From the NCBI RefSeq assembly GCF_009914755.1, contig NC_060928.1: 64,000 bases of DNA, one strand, 5' to 3'. Origin of the DNA: the human T2T-CHM13v2.0 reference genome, Homo sapiens. Positions 56,401 through 64,000 of this stretch are shown here, piece after piece. Made by a program: the position numbers and the translations under genes. The notes beneath the pieces are model-generated. The model had not been told where the DNA came from, made no database searches, and saw nothing but the letters and a program-made list of their open reading frames with translations. Each line of letters starts with the position of its first letter. Position 1 is the first letter of the stretch.

Positions 56401-56904
56401 TGATACATTCTATGCATCTGGAAGCCATTTAAAACCCCATTTCTCCTACAAAACTGATGTCTTATGAAAAGAAGTATATTAATTAGCTTGATAATTTTTT
56501 TCTTCTCATAGGAATGTTTGCACTTGACTTTGGAACCTGCGAACAAGTAGGAAAGGTATTTTGTTCAGGAAGACAGAAGGCGGTCTTAGACATCTTGACA
56601 TCATAGTGCCTACCCTACTAAGTCTTCCCTATAAGAGCATTTGCATTTTGACTCTTCTCGAAGCATATATTTTAAATTACACAATTGGTGGGGGGGATAT
56701 AGATAATTAGGTGGCATTCAAATGTTTTCAACTGGGAGTTGAGAAGAATAGATACCAATATCCAATAACAACAATACTAGCTGCCAGGATAGAGTAACTT
56801 CTCTGTACCCCCTCTGTACCAGATGAATTATGTTAATCATTTCAACCTATCTTTTCCAAAATGTGCTCTGAGGACTATTACTTGATACTGCAAAATATTA
56901 CTTG

Positions 56905-57387
56905 ATAGTCTTTACCACTGGAGACTCAAGTTTTGTTATGGAGAACACTCTATGCTTATTTCACAAGGATTACTCTTCCCCCCCTCCCATGACAGACTTC
57001 TTGGATCTTCACTGTTGGAATTTGTTGAAATTTCTAGAGGTAAAACTCAGTAAAGCGTGGCTTCCTCCCTAAATCTGTGGTCTTCAAGAATTTCTCTTTC
57101 ATGTTAGTCCACACTCAGTCTCCAGCAATTATTGAACATCACTACTTAAATTTTCCAGTTTTTGTCTCCAGTGGCTTCTGCTCCCGGTGAGCATATTTTA
57201 GTTATCAATTTCTGCATTTTCTTGTCTCTCCAGATTTGGGGAAGTGGTGTGCTCTGTGAGTGACCTCAATTCAATGATGGGCTCAAAACAAGTCACTGAT
57301 ACTCATTTTCTTTGCCTTTTTCTTACGGTAAAGATAGAAGTAATAGTGTCCAGAGCTCTTTACATGCTGGAGCTGGCATCAGAAGCT
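56905..57387 (-). mobile_element. Old L1M 5' terminal UTR fragment
   Basis: ttagtccacactcagtctccagcaatt...ctccagatttgggg...agagctctttacatgctggagctggcatcagaag resembles L1ME/M4 5' ends. Confidence 0.6.
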
Positions 57388-58315
57388 TTCTTCTTAATTT
57401 TTAATGGATTTTCCCAGGAAATATAGAATTCTGGGTTGACTCTGTTCTTTCTTTCAGCATTGTAAATATGTCACTGCATTGCCTTCCTGCTTGCACAGTT
57501 TCTGATAAGAAATGTCCTGTACTTCTTTTAAATGTTTCTCTTTCGGTAATGTATCCTTTTTCTCTGACTGCCTTTAAGATTTTCTCTTTGTCTTTGGTTT
57601 TCAGCAATATGATTATGACAGAACCAGGCATCGTTTTATTGTATTTATTCTGCTTTGTGTCCTCTCACCTTGGAGAAGTTGTCTGTCCCTAATTTTGGAA
57701 ATTTTTCAGCCATCAGTTTTTCAAGTATTTTTTTCTTTTTCTTCTCTATTGTTCCAATTCCACATAGGCTACACCATTTGGTATTGTCCTTCATCTCGCT
57801 GATATTCCATTCTGTTTTTTTCCCCTCCACTCCTTTATTTCTCTTTACATTTCAGTTTGAGTAATCTCTATTAACCTATTTTATGCTCATTGATTCTTTC
57901 CTAGACTGTGATGAATCTACTGGTACATACATTAAAGGCATTTTTCACATCTATTACTGTTTTATTTGTGACGCTGTTTATTTGTTTTTATTTTTAATAT
58001 CATTATTTGTTTTTTTCCTGAGGGTTTCATGTCCCTGCTAACCTTGCAATTTTTCCACTCTTTCCAATCAAATTTTAACACACAAATCACAGTCATTTTA
58101 AATTTCTTATCTGATGGTTCCAACATCTTTCTCACATGTGAGTCTGACTCTGATGTTTGCTTTGTTTCTGGAGACTATGTTTGTTCAGCTTCTGTGTTTG
58201 CCTCATACATTTTTTTGAAATGTTAAAAGCCTGACACATTGCGCAGGGCAGTAGGTACTACTACATATATACATATATATAATATATATTTATTATATAT
58301 AATATGTTTTTACAT

Positions 58316-58603
58316 ATTTTAAGACAGGGTCTTGCTCAGTCACCCAGGCTGGAGTGAAGTGGTGCCATCATAACTCACTGCAGTCTTGACCTCCTGGGCT
58401 CAAGAAATCCTCCTGCCTCAGCCTCCCAAGTGGCTGGGAATACATGCCACCACACCCCACTAATTTTTGATAATTTTTAGTAGAGATTAGGTCCTGTGAT
58501 GTTGCTTAGGTTGGTCTAGAATTCTTGGACTCAAGTGACCCTCCCACCTCATCCTCCCAATCCCATCCTCTGGGATTATAGGTATGAGCCTCTGTACCCG
58601 GCC
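58316..58603 (-). mobile_element. AluJ, tail decayed to a TA-rich tract (58262-58315)
   Basis: agacagggtcttgct, tcataactcactgcagtcttgacctcctgggctcaag, gttgcttagg J-type diagnostics. Confidence 0.93.
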
Positions 58604-58884
58604 AGACATAAATAATTTTGATGCTTGGAGATAATCATGCCTTTCCTTCTTCTAGCCTTTTAATGTAGTGATTTTTTCTAATCTACTTGAGGAGTCAAAC
58701 TGGGTTTGAAGTTTGCTCCCTACTTGACTTTGGGTCTTCCCATTTGTCTTTGGGCTTTCCATTTACTCTGGTTCTCCAAGAAAATTTGTCTCTTGCAGCC
58801 ATCTCTTTTTTTTTTAACTGTTCTAATGTTATTTTACTTATTGTCTGTTAGTGTGAGGGAGTGATTTCTGGAGGCATTCTCTGG

Positions 58885-58970
58885 TTTTTAATTTTTAAAA
58901 TTAATATATAACAATACATATTTATAGGGTACATCTGATATTTTGATACGTGCATATGATGTGTAATCAT
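58885..58970 (-). mobile_element. L1MA-type 3' terminal fragment
   Basis: tacatatttatagggtacatctgatattttgatacgtgcatatgatgtgtaatca. Confidence 0.75.
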
Positions 58971-61599
58971 TGATGTTTTATTTGTTCTATTTAATGATTG
59001 ATGTCAGTCTTAGTCAGGCACTGTGAACCTGGACCTTGCGGGTATGGCCTTTACAACTATCCCTGCTCTTCTCAAGATGTAAAGCTGGGTCTTACATTTA
59101 GTCTTGCTCATCCCCCAGTGGTAGAGTTTTTATTTCTCTGTTTCCCCCCCCAGTAGGTTTTCATCAATATCCTCAGGCTAAAGTTTGATTGCTTTTCCTT
59201 ACACAGGTCAAGTGTTTTGTTTCATAGAAAACAACGTGGGTTTGGAACTGAGCAGAGTCAGCAGTGACTCCTGTTTCTGCCCCTTAAAGTACCGTGGGAA
59301 AGCATTCTTGAGTTCCTCCCACATGTTCCTGGTGAGCACCTGAAAGAAAAGCCTGAAAGAGTGTGAACGTCATAAGCCTGTGGCCCATAGTAGCTTTACA
59401 TGTTCTTGTCACTCTACATTTAGTCTTTAGCAATTCATAAAATTGTCTAGTTGGTTCTTCCTATGACTTGAATGGCGTTCAGTGGCAATGGTCAGCAAAT
59501 ATTAAGTTCTGCTTTTCATTGCCTGTGTCTATTTCTTTCCAGATTTTGGGTCAGTCATATGTCCTTGTGACTTCAGTTCTCTGATACAGTTTTTAAAAAA
59601 ATCGTTTGCCCAGCATATTTTGTTGTTGTTGTGAGAATGAGAGACATGCTTATTCTAGCTGTCTCCATCATGGAATCAAAACTGCTGACCACTTGACTTG
59701 ACTTTTACTCTAAAATTTGACTCTTCTTTTCTCAATCTAACATGGTTTATCCTTTAGTTCATAAGATGACTAGGTATCATAATTCAGACCCTCAGTTGTC
59801 TGTATGCCTCAGCTCATCCCTGAAGCACAGGAAAGATGCCTAGATCTTCTGAAGATCTACTTTCTTTTTAGCATCTATTATTTTATAATATTGCCATTGC
59901 TCACCTTGCCTTCTGGTTACAAATGTATAATTCTGTAACTTTTTTTCTACACTGACTATCTTCCAGGAATCACTGCACATCACAGTACAGAAATCATAAA
60001 TTATATCAATACAATTTTTACCCCTAAGGGGCTCATATTCGACTTGATAATAGAACATACCTACATCTGAGACAGTAACTTACTGTGCAAGCCTCAAATA
60101 AACAAAAAACAAAGGGTGTTATAGAAGCTCATTTTTATAAATATGTAACAAAATATGCACTTTAAAAATATATATGTGTATATACACACTTTGTATTTTA
60201 AATAAAAATACCAAAAATGTATAATGTTTGTGCCAAATATATTAGCAAAGAATATAATACGTGATTTTTTAAAAAATGTATTTCTTCACCTTTTTACATA
60301 TCTGATCTTGTAGCTGTGAATTTTTCCAATTTGTTACATGTAGATTGCTAGTGAGAGTATCTGAAGCTCATTCAGGAGGCAGGTCTGCACCATAAATACA
60401 CTGAACACTCTATGCTTTGACTAAAATTATTTTGAAAAAGCTGTTTTTGAACTCTGAGACAGGAGAGACACTCATGAAATAGCGGACTTTGAAAGTATAT
60501 CATAGAATGTTTTTATTTTTTTTTTTAAGTTCTCTGAGGATGCAAGTGATATGGAAGAAAGTAAGGAGAGAAGTTTGTCATAGGTCATTTTTAATGTCCA
60601 AGTACAGATTTCTGATTGTCTAAAGAACTTCTCCCAAAGACAGGAGGACATTTCTGGCAGGCTAGATTATATTGCAGTGACTATTCTTGGAAATATATGC
60701 TGGACCCCAGTGAGGCATATTAGCAGTAAGATTAATACAATGATAACCACAAGAGGTTTAGAGATGCACAAGCACACATATTCCCATCATCATTTAGTAG
60801 CATCATGCTCTGAGTTTCTTGTACATGACTACTAGACATCCTCACAATAAGTCTTCTTTCTGGGAATATATATTACATTCATACTAATGGTTATATGTGG
60901 AGAGAGAGAGATAAATGGATTTAAGGAGTACAGAAACAGCTGCAACTATGCATAATTATGCTAACAAAAGGATCCAAAATAAACAATTCAAAACTGTTAT
61001 GAAGTGTTAAATATCCTTGATGGGTACATTGTTATATTACCATGTGCAGTTTTCTCTATGTTTAATTTTTTAATAATTATCATAGGAAGAATCCAGATCT
61101 ATTTTCAGTTTCTAATCCTGCTTGAATATGCAAGACAGGTTTTCTGGTGAATTGTGAATTGACATGAAAAAGACACAGGCTCATACAAACAGTTTGCAAG
61201 CACACAGAAATGTGAGTTGATTAAGTATCCATTCTAATTAGTCCCAAACCCAAAATCTTATCAGCAGTGATGTGGCTACATAGGGCATAGCAGTAACTTA
61301 GCATGGCTCTCCTCGGTTCCTGAGTCCCTGGTGGGGAATCAAAGCTGTCTATGTCATTCTCCTGTAAAGGCAGTTATTAGAAGATGTGTATAGTTGAATT
61401 CTTATCATATAATTGCCCTTTTTATATATGACCATACCTCATGCATCTAGAAACACTTCCAATAATGCTGCATGTTTTTATTTTTAAGAGATGTTTTCTA
61501 ATGTTGAGACTTCCTCTTTCTAGAATCAAGCTCTGAGTCTACAAACTTAAATCCTTATTCAGGAGAAACACCTGGGGCAGTGATGGCTGTCTCAGAATA

Positions 61600-61916
61600 C
61601 ATACATATGTCACTTAAGGATGAGGATACATTCTGAGAAATGCATTGTTAGGTGATTTCATCATATGACCATCACAGAGTGCACTTACACAAACCTAGAT
61701 GGTATAGCCTACTACACACCTAGGTTATGTGGTAGAGCCTATTACTTCTAGGCTACAAACTTTGACAGCATGTTGCTATACTGAATGTTGCAACACAGTA
61801 AGTATTTGTGCATGTAAATATAGAAAAGGTAAAGATACAGTATTATAATCTTATGGGACCACTGTCATAAATGAAGTCTGCTGTTGACTGAAATGTCATT
61901 AGGCAGTACATGACTG
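61600..61916 (-). mobile_element. Tigger3a (MER7A-like) DNA transposon
   Basis: gatacattctgagaaatgcattgttaggtgatttc, cacaaacctagatggtatagcctactacacacctagg, ends catgactg|ta. Confidence 0.92.
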
Positions 61917-61919
61917 TAA

Positions 61920-62620
61920 TTCTACCTCCAGGTTTCTAGTAATAGTTCCCTTCACCACTGAAGGTTAACAGGGAAAGTGGTAGGCTTTTGCCAAGAATTT
62001 TGGATGAGAAATTGGATAAACAGTGGTGCCATTTATGAAGAAGAAGAATATTAGTAAAGGACCAGGTTTAAGGAAAGAGATAATTTCATCATTGTGTTTT
62101 GTACATATTATGTTTGAGAGAATTATTTGGCATTCAGGGACAGCTCAAGTACATAGTTGATATTTCCAATAGTTTTGTGGAACCAAATACTACAAGTTGA
62201 AAAAACACAATGTCACAAGTCACAATGGTGCCTTAAAATTGGCAAAGGTGGGAGCATTTGCAGCACAAATATCAGCAAATATTACACACCAGCGTTTTTT
62301 GTCAGAGCAGATAGGGATACAAGTATAGAGATAGCTGGGATGAAGTACAACAGGGATTTAGACTGAAGATTGAGATTTAACAGACATTGGAAAGATGAGA
62401 TGCAGTAGCCACTTTAGAAGAAAGCCATGAGAACATGCTATCTTGGAAGCTAAGTGAAGAAAATATTTCAGGAAGGAAGAATCAAATCACTGTGTCAAAT
62501 GCTGATGAAAGGCTGAGTCAAACAGTGATACGACATTAACTGTTTATTTTGACATGTGAAGTCATTGGTGTCATTGGTGGGATAGGGTCACATTGGAATA
62601 TGTTTAGGAGAGAATGACAG
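61920..62620 (-). mobile_element. L2 fragment containing a MER63-like piece (~62225-62310)
   Basis: ggaagctaagtgaagaaaatatttcaggaagg..ctgtgtcaaatgctg (L2); cttaaaattggcaaaggtgggagcatttgcagcac (MER63-like). Confidence 0.65.
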
Positions 62621-63084
62621 CTTTTCTTCTCCTTTAATTCACTTTACCACTTCCAACTTTTCCCCAATGCATAGACTTTTCTTGGCCTTTTAATTAATTG
62701 TCTGTTAGTCTATTCAGTTTTCTTATTTTACTCATTGGCTTTTTGCACCTTCTTTCAAACATTTTATCTTAATAATGTGGGGAAGATGATATTACTAAAG
62801 CATGACACATTAGAGCAATATAAGCTCTTGATGTGCTCTTGTGGGAAGAATAGCTGAGATAAGACTTCAGCATACCCTGGCTCCTCTAGCCTAGACTGGC
62901 AAACAACATAAACGCATGCATGTGTGACAAATTTGTTAGCATGGCTTTTCAATTTGGATGTTGAGTTTTTGATAAAACATTTTTGCAAATTGCTGCAGAA
63001 CATATTTGGCTAGTGAAAGCTCAGATAGTGAGGGAGACGTAAAATAAATGAAGATAATAATAGATAATGTTTCCATTATCTGCC

Positions 63085-63345
63085 ACAATGCAGTGATTTG
63101 AAATGTGGTCTTTGGAGTTTATAAGTTTGACTTTGAAACTTGGGTCTGCTACTGGTAGCCTGGGGATAACTGTGTAACATCAGCTAGAGGTTTAGCTTCT
63201 CTAAATCGCAGTTTTCTCGACTGTAAAATGGAGCTTAAAATACTAACATTTCAGGGTTGTTATGAAGATTAAGTAAGATGGATACAGAAAGGGACTAGAA
63301 TAATATATAGGCAGCTAGTTAAGTGTTGAATACAGGTTAGCTAAA
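63085..63345 (+). mobile_element. MIR SINE, near full length
   Basis: gcagttttctcgactgtaaaatggag...cagggttgttatgaagattaagtaagatg. Confidence 0.8.
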
Positions 63346-63675
63346 TCAAAAGGAAGGAAACATTAGGAGAGATGATTCTTTGAACCACTAAAGGCTAATG
63401 AGCAGACAATATTGTGTTAACTCTGAGAGATTGCTAGTTGGTGAAAAAAGATCACATTAAATATTTTATAGCTCTCATTTTCTGCTCATGTCTAGAGGCA
63501 TGCTGAGAGATTATGGAGACTTCAGATTTCTCTCTTTCTCAATTTTTCATACTCTCATTCCGCAGGCACTGAAATGATCAGGACTAGCTGAACTGGAAAG
63601 GACAAAGGCAGAAGAAAAGTACCCTCAATGTTTGGGCACCTTGGGTCCAAATAGAGTTTATTTAATAAGGACTTA

Positions 63676-63808
63676 CAGTGATTTAACTTAAGGTTTTTGC
63701 CTTCATGATGGGTTTATCAGGGTATTAAATGCATTTTTAATTTAGGATATTTTTGACTAACAATGGGTCGATTGAGATGTAAACACTTTGTAAGTCAAGG
63801 AACATCTG
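63676..63808 (+). mobile_element. MER47/Tigger5-derived fragment
   Basis: gtattaaatgcattttt...gtaagtcaaggaacatctg|ta terminal repeat. Confidence 0.75.
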
Positions 63809-63879
63809 TATATGAATAAAATCACAAACTGACCAAGGCCAAACAGTTCTCCAACACATTGATTTCAAGCTCATGAACA

Positions 63880-64000
63880 AAGTATCTCCTTTAAAACATC
63901 CTAAGATTATCTAATCCAATTTCCTTATTCTACAATTAAGACTCCTGAAACCTAGAGGGAAGGTGACTCAACCAGACTCCAATCCAGCTTGCTTCCAAGA
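63880..64000 (-). mobile_element. MIR fragment
   Basis: attatctaatccaatttccttattctacaattaagactcctgaaacctagagggaaggtgact. Confidence 0.5.

Larger units (their letters stand above)
57388..59685 (-). mobile_element. Old L1M 5' UTR plus ORF1 remnant
   Basis: ORFs 57401-57631 (IIILLKTKDKEKILKAVREK..FLSETVQAGRQ..IF) and 57645-57830 (ISEMKDNTK..IG..LMAEKFPKL) match L1 ORF1p; second 5'-end-like block at 59400-59685. Confidence 0.85.

Noticed and set aside
57401-57830. L1 ORF1p-like ORFs as a domesticated gene (L1TD1-like)
   Set aside because: Two short frames separated by a deletion, embedded in decayed L1 sequence

Overview
Primate (anthropoid, probably catarrhine or human-like) non-coding genomic DNA, AT-rich and CpG-poor, intronic or intergenic. 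I cannot name the locus. No host protein-coding exon, RNA gene or CpG island is supportable. The listed ORFs are chance frames or repeat-derived; the only recognisable protein relics are a dead Hsmar1 mariner transposase (44338-45738, minus) and L1 ORF1p fragments (57401-57830, minus). Much of the window is interspersed repeat: Alu (J/S/Y-type), many MaLR solo LTRs (THE1, MST, MLT1), ERVL-type LTRs, old L1M, L2, MIR, and DNA transposons (MER20, MER30, MER3, MER44C, Tigger3a, MER47, MADE1, Hsmar1). The most unusual structure is a ~410-bp complex templated insertion inside the Hsmar1 copy. It is built from an inverted piece of the same element plus a direct copy of its own 5' TIR, flank and neighbouring Alu, with a perfect fold-back hairpin at each of the three junctions. 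Other observations: two short dispersed local duplications, a deeply nested TE stack, two motif-dense repeat-free candidate enhancers and some palindromes. I found no convincing new gene system. Repeat subfamily calls come from recalled consensus features, and boundaries of old repeats are approximate.
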